The notes under the pieces were generated by a model that was given only the letters and a program-made list of their open reading frames with translations, searched no databases and was not told the origin of the DNA. Below, in pieces: positions 24,525-36,131 of a stretch of 64,000 nt of DNA. The stretch is from Mobula hypostoma (Eukaryota), in NCBI RefSeq assembly GCF_963921235.1, contig NC_086097.1:13268001-13332000 (forward strand), in the 5' to 3' direction. Both the position numbers and the translations under genes were made by a program. How positions within the stretch are numbered: the first letter of the stretch is position 1; every line of letters begins with the position of its first letter.

Positions 24525-24960
24525 CAGAATCAGAATCAGCTTTAATATCTCTGACATAGTTCATGAAATTTGTTATGTTGCGACAGCAGTACATTGCAAT
24601 ACATAATAAAAATAAATTAAAATAAGAAGTATATTTTAAAATATTAAATTAAATAAGCAGTAGAAAAGGAAAGCAAAAAATAGAAAAAAGTAGTGAGATA
24701 ATGTACATGGGTTAATTGTCCATTCAGAAATCTGATGGCAGAGGGGAAGAAACTGTTCCTGCAACATTGGGTGCGTGTGTCTTCAGGCTCCTCTACCTTC
24801 TGCTTGATGGTAGCAATGAAAGGAGAGCATGTCCTGGTGATGGGGGTTCTTAACGATGATATTGTCTTTTGAGGATGTCCTTGATGCTGGGGAAACTAGT
24901 GGCCATGATAGAGTTGGCTGAGTTCACACCTTTTTGCTGCTTTTGCTGATCCTGTGCAGT
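24525..24960 (-). mobile_element. Rex1/Babar 3' fragment
   Basis: (CAGAAT)n tail; homologous to the reverse complement of 10820-11260. Confidence 0.8.
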
Positions 24961-25389
24961 GTGAATTGATTGGGTAGATTATGAATACTGTTGTCCTTTA
25001 TGAATGCAAGCATTTTGTGCTATTCAAAATTCTGTGTTAATGAAGTGAAAATGGCAGAGCACAAATAGATTGTCCAATCCACTATCAGAGATTGTATCCT
25101 ATTGAAAAGCCAAGAGCTATAGATTTGTTATCTATCTGGCTACTATAGTACTTCAAAGGGTCAAAGGTTCATTTTATTGTCAAAGTATGCTTGTATAGTA
25201 CAACTCTGATATTTGTCTACTCTAGATAGCCATTAAATACAGAAAGACCATGGGTGTTGATGAAGGAAAAGACATCAACTCCTCCCCAACTGGCATGAAA
25301 AAGAAAAGAAACAAAACTCACAGACCCCAAACCACCCCAACCCCACCCCCACTCACAGCATAAAACAGCCACCATAACAATAACAAACT

Positions 25390-25775
25390 TGCTCGTTCAG
25401 TATGTGCTGTGCCATCTAACATGGGTGATCGTGGTCGTGACCATGTTTGTTCAAGGCAAATTTTTCTCCCAAGGTGGTTTGCCATTGTTTTCTTCTAGTC
25501 AGTTTTTTCAGAAGACGAGTGACACCAGCCATTATCAACACTCTTCAGAGATTGTCTGGTTGGCATCTGTCGCAGCATAACCAGGAATTATGATATGCAC
25601 CACAATTCATACGACCAGCCACCACCTGCTCCCATGGTTCATGTGAACCTGATCGAGGTTGGTGGGGATGCTAAGCAGGTGTCCAAGGGTGACCTGCACG
25701 ATAGTGAAGGGGAGGAGCTCCTTACACCTCCTTTGGTGGAGATATATCTCCACACTGCCTCCCATGCTACAGTGC
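25390..25775 (-). mobile_element. Short RTE-type non-autonomous element, family A
   Basis: Homologous to 38410-38792, 48150-48556 and 53663-54015; RTE-like 3' end (atggcaaaccac...ttgcc...atcacccatg in element orientation). Confidence 0.65.
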
Positions 25776-25899
25776 TATGAAAATGAATACATGAACCAGC
25801 TAAAGCCACAGATATCTTATGACCTATCATTCTGATGGATTAGCCAGAGGAGCTGCTAAAGGAAACCAAAGACGTCAAATGTTAACAAACCCATATCTG

Positions 25900-26230
25900 A
25901 CAGAATATACAAAATTTTGAGGGGTTTAGATAGAGTAAATGCAAGCAGGTTTTTTCCAGTGAGGTCATGGGTTAAGTGTGAAAGGTGAAAAGTTTAAGGG
26001 GAACATGAGGAAAAACTTCTTCACTCGTGAGAGAGAAGAGCAAGCTGCCAGCAAAGGTGGTGCATGAGAACTTAATTTCAATAGTTAAGAGACGTTTGGA
26101 TAGGTACATGGATGGTAGGGTTATGGAAGGCTATGGTCCTGGTGCAGGTCAATGGGAGCAAGCAGTTTAAATGGTTCCGCATTGACTAGATAGGCTGGAG
26201 AGCCTGCTCCTGTTCGGTACTTTTCTATAG
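25900..26230 (+). mobile_element. CR1 3' fragment
   Basis: Same subfamily as 1-350. Confidence 0.8.
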
Positions 26231-26824
26231 CTCTATTAAGCTGTAAGGCAGAAAAGCCACATAAATATTCACCAAATAGCCAGCTCCAACTTACTTCCAT
26301 CGGAAACTTGTATGGACGTTGGTGGAAATGTTTCTTAATCCCTCCAGGTTTTACTATGGGCTTGAGGATATGCAAAAGTGAAAGAATCAAAACTGAGTTA
26401 CTTTATCCACAGGCAAGAATGGATCCAATTTAACACTAATGAAGGCAATGATTACGTTAATACAATCATTCCTGTCAGGAACAGTCTCAGGCTTTGATTT
26501 GCAATCAAAGAAAACAAGGGACAAAAGTGGAAGAACATCTGTAAGGTTGGCATCGGCTCTGTAATTTATGACTGAATGAACTCCTGACCTATGGTTGACC
26601 ACCACCCAAGGTAAATGATCAGAGTGCCTTGAGGTTGTGAGAGTTCACGGCGTGCAGCTGTCAGGAATAAATCTTTAAACAATGCTTGTCAGGTCAAAAT
26701 TAGACTGACAAAAGCCTGAAGGCATAGAGGTAGGTTTTGGTCATCAGAGACCCTGTGACTTCACATTGAACCTCAATATAAAACAGATTGTGCTGAGACA
26801 TTTATGGATTTGGCTTTGGAAACT

Positions 26825-27600
26825 AACTGCCCCTGTACCTCCTCCCTCACCATTATTCAGGGAGCAATCAGTCTTTCAAGGTGAGACAACTCTTTACCTC
26901 TGAGCCTTTTGTGGTCATCGATTGTATCTGATGCTTATCATGTGTCCTCTTCTACATCGATGAGACCCAACGCAGACTGGGGGTGGGGGGGGTGGGGTTT
27001 GTGGTGGCATGTCATCAAGTAGCTTCACCCTGTCTTCGATGAAAGGCAGGATCTCCTAATAGCTACGTATTTCAATTTAAGTTTCTATTCTCATTCTGAA
27101 ATATCCGTGGTCTTCCCTACTGCCACAGGCTCTTGAACAAAGGCGAAAACTATACTCTCTTGCCTATCCATTGAGATGTTCCCACAACCAATCATCTCAC
27201 TTTAAGGACTCTATATTTCATTATCTGATGTTCTCATTGTTTATTGCTATTTATTTATATTTGCTTTTACACAGTTTGTTGTCTTCTACAGTCTAGTTGA
27301 TCTTTCATTGATCCTGCTATTACTGTTCTATAGATTTGCTGCAGACGCCCACAGAAAAATGAATCTCAAGGTTGTATATGGTGTCATGTATTGTATGTGC
27401 TGTGATGATAAAAAATTAATCTGAACTTTGAACTTTGAACAATGAGGCTAAACCCAGGTTGGAGGAGCCACATCTGATATTCCATCTGGGTAATCTCCAA
27501 TTTAATGGCATGAACACCGATTTCTCTATCTTCTGGAAATTTCTCCTTATCCCCATTCCCTCTTTATTCATTCCTCATTCTGGCTTTCCTCACCTCTCAG
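26825..27600 (+). mobile_element. Decayed Penelope GIY-YIG region interrupted by a Rex1 3' UTR (about 27127-27440)
   Basis: F.VRQLFTSE...LFYIDETQ and EAKPRLEEPHLIFHLGNLQ remnants; the inserted piece ends in a (GAACTTT)n tail. Confidence 0.65.
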
Positions 27601-28029
27601 CTTGTAATTCTTCCCGTTCTCCCCACCTTACGAAATCAAAGTAGTGTCGGAAAGAACTGCATAGACTCCAGGTGGAATTGCAGCAAGTAAAAAATTCGAC
27701 CAAACATTTGTCCGTCCCCCAAGTTACACAACAGGACTAAATACTCAACAAACAGATACTTAGCAAATGGTGCATTTGCTTTCCAAGTCTGGAGCATACC
27801 TTCTCAGTGATTCTGTGAAGTGAGCCCTGAGGACAAAGGAAGGAAGTGAGGCCAGGCCTCCCCCATGAGCTATTTTAGACCCCTCGAGGCACCCAGAACT
27901 GGAATTTGGAGCCGTGACGCACAAGCCAATTAATGGGAAAGGGTGGTGGCAGTTTTTAGATCGACCATTCAATGGCCAACACAGTGGAAGCAGCTTTTGA
28001 CTGGCAAATGAGCTACAGCCCTACATGAC

Positions 28030-28420
28030 AATAACATACCTCTTGCCCCCCACATAGCCCTCCATTTTTTTCCTCCATGTGCCAACCTTAAAGTCTCTTA
28101 AGCATCCCTATTGTATCTGCTTGTACCACCATCACTGGCAATGTATTCCATGCACCCAACACTCATAGAGTAAGTATCTACCCCTGTATTTCTCTCCAAT
28201 TACCTTAACATATGTCCTTTCATATTAGCCATTTCCACCTTGGGAAAAAAAATCATTGGCTGTCCACTCTACCTATGCCTCTTATCATCTTATACATCCC
28301 AATCAAGTGGCCACTCATTCTCCTGCACGGCAAAGTGAAAAGCCCTAGCTCGCTCAACCTTTCCTCATAAGACATGCTCTCTAATCGAGGCAGCGTTGAT
28401 GTAAAGCTCTTCTGCACCTT
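28030..28420 (-). mobile_element. Old CR1 3' fragment
   Basis: Similar to 3320-3700. Confidence 0.75.
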
Positions 28421-28562
28421 TTTTGAGTGTTCTCTTTGACAGATGATAAAGCAGTATAATTCAGAAGCTGCAAAGTTTCACAGGATAATTTTATCACAAT
28501 GCTAGAAATTTATATACTGTATATGTGGAATAAAACTGTTAATCCATGTAATTGTAATATTG

Positions 28563-28881
28563 TGTGGGCACGTGGCCAAGTGGTTAAGGTACTCGACTAG
28601 CGATCTGAAGGTCGTGAGTTTGAGCCCCAGCCGGGCAGCGTGTTGTGTCCTTGAGCAAGGCACTTAATCACACATTGCTCTGCGACGACACTGGTGCCAA
28701 GCTGTATGGGTCCTAATGCCCTTCCCTTGGACAACATCGGTGTCGTGGAGAGGGGAGACTTGCAGCATGGGCAACTGCTGGTCTTCCAAACAACCTTGCC
28801 CAGGCCTGCGTCCTGGAGAGTGAAGACTTTCCAGGCGCAGATCCATGGTCTCGCAAGACTAACGGATGCCTTTATTTACTA
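28563..28881 (+). mobile_element. tRNA-derived CORE-SINE with RTE-related body/tail, full length
   Basis: A box TGGCCAAGTGG, B box GAGTTTGAGCCC, CORE-like tgtgtccttgagcaaggcacttaa, RTE-type 3' end; 10-bp TSD TGTAATATTG (28553-28562 / 28882-28891). Confidence 0.85.
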
Positions 28882-29534
28882 TGTAATATTGGAACAGCGA
28901 ACTGCTGGTCTCCCATTCTTGTTGTTGCAGGAGCGACCTCTATCTCCCTCCCCAATGAGGGAGAGCCTGTCTGAGATACCGAAATGCTGGGTTAGGACTA
29001 GCTTTGATGAGCTCTGGATCTTGGTCTCTTGGGGGCTGTTGCTGCTGCTTGCATAGTGGTGGTGGAGGGGATCGGTGCTTCTGCTGCTGCAAGTGGGGGG
29101 GGAGAGGGAAGGGAGGGGAGAGTTGATACTACTACTGCTGCTTGTGCAATGGGAGGGGGAGAAGGGTTTTGGGGTTCTGATGTTTCTCGCATTCATTCTA
29201 TGGGCTTTCTTGTTCTGTGGATGCCTGCAAAGAGTAAGGATTTCAGGTTGTATATTGTATACATTTTCTGATATTAAATTGAACCATTTGTTCTTAAGTC
29301 AGAATGCATGTGAACTGTAAGATCATGAACGCAACAATGTTATTTGCCTTCTCCCTTCATCTGCCCAAACGTAACCCAACAGAGATAAAGTTTCTTTAGG
29401 AATTTACTATGACAACCATCCAGGTGTGAAAATGCACAAAGTCAGGTGTAGATTGAGCTGGGTAGGTTTATCAAGCCTCATGGCACCGAGATCCTTTCCG
29501 AGTAAAAGGTACTACTTCTTTTGATCAAGTGGAT

Positions 29535-29790
29535 CAAATGAAATGAGGAATTTTTGTAGCCGGAGACCGGTGAATCTGTGGAATGCATTGCCACAGAGGG
29601 GTATGCAGACCAAATAATTGGATATATTTAAAGCAGAGGTTGATAGATTCCTGATTAATCAGGTCATCAAAGGTTATGGGCACAAGGCAGGAGAATGAAA
29701 TTGAGAAGGATACTGAGTCTGCCATGATGGAATGGCTTTGCAGAATTGATGGTCCAAATGGCCTAATTCTGCTCCTATATCTTGTGGTCT
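29535..29790 (+). mobile_element. CR1 3' end
   Basis: MRNF...VNLWNALPQ-like remnant plus 3' UTR ending tcttgtggtctt. Confidence 0.8.
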
Positions 29791-30029
29791 TATTGATTCA
29801 TGGCAATATTCTCATAAATTGGGCTGGTAATCCAGGGATGGTGTGTTTAAATCCAAACATTTCCAAGATACTGTAAGATGTAAGAAAGTGAACAATCAGT
29901 CAGTAAAATAACCATAAAGAAGTTGGCTGACAGACAGACACAAATGGACTTGTTCTGTTCAAACCTCCAAAGAATAATCTTTTCCAACCATATTTGGTCC
30001 AGCCTTTTAATTGAAACCAGCATGAGGGA

Positions 30030-30590
30030 GAACACTATTCCCATCATAAATACTTTGCATTGGCTCCCTATATCTTTTCAGTTGATTTTTAAGTTCTATT
30101 ACTTATTTTTAAAGCTCTCAACAGTGTGGGACCAAAGAACACAATAGAATCACTTTTGTTTTCTTATCCTTCTCAAACTCTCAGGTCTTCTTTTGCTGGG
30201 CTCTTAAATTTAAACAATCTCCCTCAAAAGACAATTGGCAAGTCATCTTATTTGAACTATGGTCCTAAACTGGAATTCAAAACCTAAAACTATAGAGAAA
30301 AATAAAGTGCTTATGGGTACCCTTCTGTAATTACTAAAGTAAGTATGTGTTCAGCACAGCATTGTGGGCCGAAGGGCCTGTATTGTGCTGTACGTTTTCT
30401 ATATTTCTATAAGGGATGCAGACTCAGTTGACACTTTTAAACACCAGCTCAAAACCTATTTATTTAACCTTAGTTTCAACTAACATCTTTTTGTCTTTTA
30501 ATTTCATGTTTGCACTTCATGCCAATCGTAAAGCACTTTGATCTACATCATTTGTATGGAAAGTGCTCGTTAAATAAGTTATTATTATGT
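30030..30590 (+). mobile_element. L2 LINE 3' fragment with a small CR1 tail inserted (about 30295-30410)
   Basis: PIINTLHWLPISFQLIFK (L2 LHWLP motif); L2-type 3' end aaagcactttga...aaagtgctc...aaataagttattattat. Confidence 0.75.
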
Positions 30591-30812
30591 TCCATATATT
30601 TCTAGCTGAAGATTTTTCACCACCATCTCAGAGCAAGAAGGAATGGCCAATAAGAGTTTCCTTGCCAGAACCAGAATCTGAATCTGGTTTAATATCACTG
30701 GCAAATGTCATGAAATTTGTCATTTAGTGGAAGCAGTACATTCAATATAAAAATATACAGTAAATTACAATACTAAAAAAAAATAGTGTAAAAAGTGAGG
30801 TAATGTTCATGG

Positions 30813-31333
30813 AACACACATCAAAGTTGCTGGTGAACGCAGCAGGCCAGGCAGTATCTCTAGGCAGATGTTCAACATTGACTTCTCTAACTTCCACTAA
30901 TGCCCCACCTCCCCCTCGTAACCCATCCGTTATTTATTTATATACACACATTATTTCTCTCTCTCTCTCTCCTTTTTCTCCCTCTGTCCTTCTGACTATA
31001 CCCCTTGCCCATCCTCTGGGTTTTCCCCCCCCTCCCCCTTTTCCTTCTCCCTGGGCCTCCTGTCCCATGATCCTCTCATATCCCTTTTGCCAATCACCTG
31101 TCCAGCTCTTGGCTCCATCCCTCCCCCTCCTGTCTTCTCTTATCATTTCGGATCTCCCCCTCCCCCTCCCACTTTCAAATGTCTTACTAGCTCTTCCTTC
31201 AGTTATTCCTGATGAAGGGTGTCGGCCCGAAACGTCGACTGTACCTCTTCCTAGAGATGCTGCCTGGCCCCAGCAACTTTGGTGTGTGTTGCTTGGTTGC
31301 TTGAATTTCCAGCATCTGCAGAATTCCTCGAGT
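30813..31333 (+). mobile_element. Short Penelope-derived insertion (pseudo-LTR with inverted 5' segment)
   Basis: 12-bp TSD TAATGTTCATGG (30801-30812 / 31334-31345); 30813-30864 is the inverted copy of about 31250-31290. Confidence 0.88.
31204..31241 (+). ncRNA. Minimal type-I hammerhead ribozyme motif (Penelope-associated)
   Basis: CUGAUGA (31209-15), A, helix II GGGU/GCCC with GUCG loop, GAAA (31229-32), CGUC with cleavage triplet GUC (31234-36). Helix I uauuc/gacug has one mismatch; helix III is reduced to palindromic ACGU. Confidence 0.75.
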
Positions 31334-31704
31334 TAATGTTCATGGGTTCATTGGCCATTCAGAAATCTGATGGAGAAAGAAGCTATTTCTGAAAAGTTGA
31401 GTGTGTGTCCTTACGCTCCTATATCTCCTCCTTGATGGTAGCAATGAGAAGAGGACACATACTGGGTGATGGGGGTCCTAAATAATGGATGCTGCATTCT
31501 TGAGGAATCGACTTTTGAAGCTATCCTTGATGCTGAGGAGCCTCATGCCCATAATGTGTTTGCAACTTCCTGCAGCTTTTCCTGATGCTATGTAATGGCC
31601 CCTCCATACCAGACGGTAATCCAACCAGTTAAAATGCTGTCTTTGTCCCATAGAAATTTGTCAGAACCTTTGGTTACATACTAAGTCTTTTCAAACTCCT
31701 TAGG

Positions 31705-31960
31705 CTGATACCTCTACACTTTGGCACGTCGAAATTCGGAGTTCAATTCCAGCATCATCTGTTTGAAGATGGCGTGCTTTTCCTGTGAGTATGTAGTTTT
31801 CCTCTAGGTGTTCCAGTTTCCACTCACGGTCCAAGGAGGTACCTATTAGTAGGTTAATTGTCAATTGTAAATTGTCCTGTGAGTTGGTTAGGGTTAAACA
31901 GCTGGTTACTGGGCAATGCGGCTCATTGTTCTGTATTGTATCTCTAAATAAAATAAAATA
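31705..31960 (+). mobile_element. V-SINE (HE1-like)
   Basis: B-box ggagttcaattcc, V-domain and (TAAAA)n tail. Confidence 0.7.
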
Positions 31961-32249
31961 ATAATCAAAGTGCCCATTGATTGTATATCCACATTACTTT
32001 TAAATTTTTAAATAGAAATATTTAATCAGCAGGTTATCTAATGCTGTCGCATAATCACCATGTGTCTGATACGTTAGCCAAAAGATTAACGCATTAAAAA
32101 TAAATGGATCTGAAAAGATGAGCAGAAGAACGCCAATTACTTACTGATGTCATAAACTTTCAATTTTGGCTTTGATTATTAATGTTATTAATGTTACCTT
32201 GAATGTTACCTTGCTGAATTTCAAAGTCCTCAAAAACAGATTAAAATAA

Positions 32250-32328
32250 ATATGACTTTGCGGCAGTAATATAATGCAATACATAATAATAGGAAAAAAA
32301 ACTGAATTACACTAAGTGTATATATGTA

Positions 32329-32383
<55 letters not shown>

Positions 32384-33184
32384 GTTAAATTGAACAAGTA
32401 GTGAAAAAAGAGAAATAGACAAAATATGAGGTTGCGTTTGTGGGTTCAATGTCCATTCAGAAATTGGATGGCAGAGGGAAAGAAGCTGTTCCTGAATTGT
32501 TGAGTGTGTACCTCCTTCCTGAGGGTAGCAATGAGAACAAGGCATATGCTGGGTGATATGGCTCCTTCATGATGGACGCTGCCTTTTTGCGACATCATCC
32601 TTGAAGATGTCCTGGATACTACGGAGGCAGGTGCCCATGATGGAGCTGACTAATTTTACAATTCTCTGCAGCTTACTTTGATCCTGTGCAGTGGCCCACC
32701 CCGCACCCCATACCAAACGATGATACAGGCAGTTAGAATGCTCTTCATAGTACACCTGTAGAAAATTTTGACTTTTTGGTGACATACAGGATCTTCTCAA
32801 ACTCCTAATGAAATATAATCGCTGTCATGCCTTCTTTGTAGCTGCACCGATATGTTGGGTCCAGATTAGATCCTCAGAGATATTGACACCCAAGAACTTG
32901 AAATTTCTCACTCTTTCCACTTCTGGTCCCTCCATGAGGACTTGTGTATGTTCCTTCACTTTATCCTTTCAGAAGTCCACAATCTTCCACACAGACCAGT
33001 CCTTCCAGACCAGAGGGGAGCAGCTTCTTCCTCTCAGCCATCTGATTTCTGAACGGACACTGAACCCACGAACACTACCTCGCTTTTTTTTATTTCAACT
33101 TTTGCACTACACTGCTGCTGCAAAGACAACAAATCTCACAGCATATGCCGGTGATATTAAACCAGATTCTGATTCTGATTCTGA
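32250..33184. mobile_element. Two Rex1/Babar 3' fragments in opposite orientation (32250-32982 minus; 32985-33184 plus), including an (AT)n run
   Basis: QSKLQRIVKLVSSIMGTCLRSIQDIF on the minus strand; the plus piece ends in (ATTCTG)3. Confidence 0.8.
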
Positions 33185-33504
33185 CGGATCTCCTCAGAAC
33201 TCACATCACTGCGGAGGAAGTCGGTTACCATCGATCCTGATACTACATGAGAAGAAGATCTATGATGCACTGAAGACAAAGGTCATGCTTGTCTCAAAAG
33301 CTTTTTGATGACTGCCTGTCTACTTAATGCCGGGAAGGCGACAATGCACTAACCCTGTCCTTCCGTATGAAACCATCATGGGCTGTCTGCAGGACCATAC
33401 ACACAGCCTACTTCTCAGTAGCTCTTGGGCAGCATTGAAATCTATCAAGATCTTACCATCCCAAAACCACACCACCCACCCATCTTCAATCAACACACAT
33501 TAAT

Positions 33505-34010
33505 ATTATGATTATGAGGACACGCAGTCCCCTTTTATTGTCATTTAGTAAAGCATGCATTAAGAAATGATAAAAATGTTTTTTCCAGAATGATATCACG
33601 AAAACACATGACAAGCTGACTTAAAAACTAACAAAAACCACATAATTATAACATATAGTTACAACAGTGCATAGCAATACTGTAGTTTGATAAGAACAGA
33701 CCATGCACAGTAAAAGTCTCAGAGTCTCTCAAAATCCCATCATCTCACGCAGACGGTGAACCCCCAGCGCCGCCAACTTGCCGATCCAGCATTCCGGAAG
33801 CATCTGACCACAGTCCGACTCCAAGTCTATCCGAAAAACTCCGAGCCTCCAACCACCTATTCGACACCGAGGACCGAGCACCATCTCTGCCGAGTGTTTC
33901 AGCCCCAGCCCCAGCAACAGGCGATACGCAAAGCCGAGAATTTGGGGCCTACGTCTCCAGAGATTTTTGATCGCACAGTAGTAGCGGCAGCGAAGCAGGC
34001 ATTTCAGAAA
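33505..34010 (-). mobile_element. Short non-autonomous LINE-like element, family C (partial)
   Basis: Reverse-complement similarity to 54200-54750 (e.g. tttattgtcatttag...catgcattaagaaatgata; cagcgaagc...catttcaga). Confidence 0.65.
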
Positions 34011-34897
34011 ATAGATTACTAGTCTTCACAATATCACTAGGTAGGACCCATGGCCACACAAGACTGGACAGGGGTTGGTGGGCTATTCCCTCTTGGAAAA
34101 GGAGGGAATTGGTTATAATGCTGTTTCTATCTAATTAGATTAGGTATGTTTGAAATAAGTGCATTAATTTGTTTAAAATAAATGCTATCACATCTCTGTT
34201 CAAGCAGCCACAGGAGGTTCTTCAAATAAATGCAACAATTTGAAATCCCAAAATATCTCCACATTTTTGCACCTCAGTTGTAGACAGTTTCCAGGCAAAA
34301 AAATTTTCTCCGGTCTTCCTGAGCTGAATTTGATTCAAATTATCCAAGGTAAAGATGGTTGTTCTGCATCACCTAAGTCCAATGTTCAACCATTTAGATT
34401 AGTTTCAGCCCATACACAAGCTCCTCGGGCAGTTTCTTCTCTCTGTGTGCAAACTTGAAAGTTGCTCTTTTGAGGCCAAACGGATAAACCTGTCAAAATC
34501 CGACATTACCCATACACATTCCAACAATTTTTGAGTTACCTCATTACTCCCCTGCGATCTCTTATGATCAACGGATTATCCCTCATGAAACACTAAATCT
34601 GGGTGAGATAGCAAATCTATCTGGAAGTACTTCAAATTCAAATAGAACGTGGGAGAAATTGTACACCACAACTTTAAAACTGGGCAATGGATGTCACCTA
34701 GTTAGATGTAGTTGAAACTTGATTTTCTTTGAACATTGTCTCTAACCGTTTCAAAAATATATTGTTTAATTTACACAAAATAAAGTCTACTCAGGAGGTA
34801 TTAAGTTTGTGAAATCGTCATATAACTGTCAAAATCCTCTAAAGAGCAGAAAAGCGTGAGAGATGGTGTTTGTATCTTACTTCAGGTGCATGGCCTA

Positions 34898-35092
34898 GGA
34901 GTGTCTGTTAGCTGGAGCCTGAAGTGTCAGTCATGAGGAGCCTAGAGCATCTGTCACAGGAAAAAAAACCTAACGAATTGACTGCAGAAAGTTTGGAGCG
35001 TCCATCATACAAAGCTTGTAGCAACAGTCACTGGAAACTTGGAGCATTTGTTACAGGAAGCTTGGAGTGTCTGTCAAAGGCAGCCTGGAGTG
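34898..35092. repeat. Degenerate 23-bp minisatellite (about 8 units)
   Basis: Units start at 34898, 34921, 34944, 34995, 35018, 35041, 35064 and 35087; consensus about GGAGYRTCTGTCACAGGAAGCYT. Confidence 0.75.
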
Positions 35093-35856
35093 GGAAGCTG
35101 TCGGAGTGTAAAATCTAAAGGATGAAGCCATCAAAGGATAAGCTGAGGCTGCTGACAGTTAAACAGTCCTGTGGAGCTCAGTCCGAGGTGATGCTGAAGA
35201 CTATTTCAGCCTTTGGAAGCTTTACTGCTGGCAGATATTAGTACTTCAAAATTTGGAGAGGTTTAAACAGGCTTCAGAAGAAGAGACTGTATTGCCAGTG
35301 TGTCCAATATATTTCCCACTTACTCAAAGGACAGAACTAACAGGGACTGAAAAGTATTATAGGTAGGCACATGTAGTATATTCTAATCAGACATTCCCTA
35401 TTAGACTGCTGAAAACGGATAAACTTTCCTGTAATGTAAACCACTGGGGAAAATGTGACATAACTCATTATATAATGGCACAAAATTTAATCTGTTTTTT
35501 ATTTCTTTACAATATCTGGTGCAATGAATGTAATTTCACCATATATTAACAGAGACTCTCAGCAGATCAGGCAGCATTTATGGAAATCAATTATCAGTCG
35601 ACATTCTTGGCTGAATCCCTTCATCAGGATATCTTCTGAGTCCCCCAGCATTTTGTGTGTGTTGCTCTGGATTTCCAGTATTTGCAGATTCTCTTGTGTT
35701 CAAAGACACTTTCTTATCATATGCCCCAGTATTCATGAAATATTGAAAATTCCACATTAGTTTTGATGAAGATATGGACAATACAGAGCTGATAAATGAT
35801 AAGTAACATATAGGTTGCAAGGTAGTAATTACCTTCAGTAAGGTAAGCTTGGCCAA

Positions 35857-36131
35857 GGACAGCAGAGCAGTATAGTGGTTAGCACCATGCTCACGACCAG
35901 AGTTCAATTCCCGCCACTGCCTGTAAAGAGTTTGTAAATTCTCTCTGTGACCACATGAGTTTACTCCAGATGCAGTAGTTTCCTCTCACAATTCAAAGAC
36001 ATATCAGCTGGTAGTTTAATAGGTTATTGTAAATTGTCCTTGAATAGGCTAGGATTAAACCGGGGGATTACTGTACAGCACGGCTCAAAGGGCCGGTAGG
36101 GCCTATTTGCACTGTACCTCAATAAATAATC
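35857..36131 (+). mobile_element. V-SINE (HE1-like), near full length
   Basis: tRNA-like head (tagtggttagc...gagttcaattccc), V-domain, CR1-like tail aagggccggtagggcct...aataaata. Confidence 0.8.

Larger units (their letters stand above)
30667..31700 (-). mobile_element. Rex1/Babar 3' fragment interrupted by a Penelope insertion
   Basis: (CAGAAT)n-type tail at the left end; host sequence resumes after 31345. Confidence 0.8.

Noticed and set aside
28563..28640. tRNA-like sequence
   Set aside because: It is a SINE head: it continues into CORE and RTE-like segments, has a TSD, and lacks a clean cloverleaf and Pol III terminator.
34898..35092. CRISPR-like periodicity
   Set aside because: Units are contiguous with no unique spacers, there are no cas genes and the context is eukaryotic.
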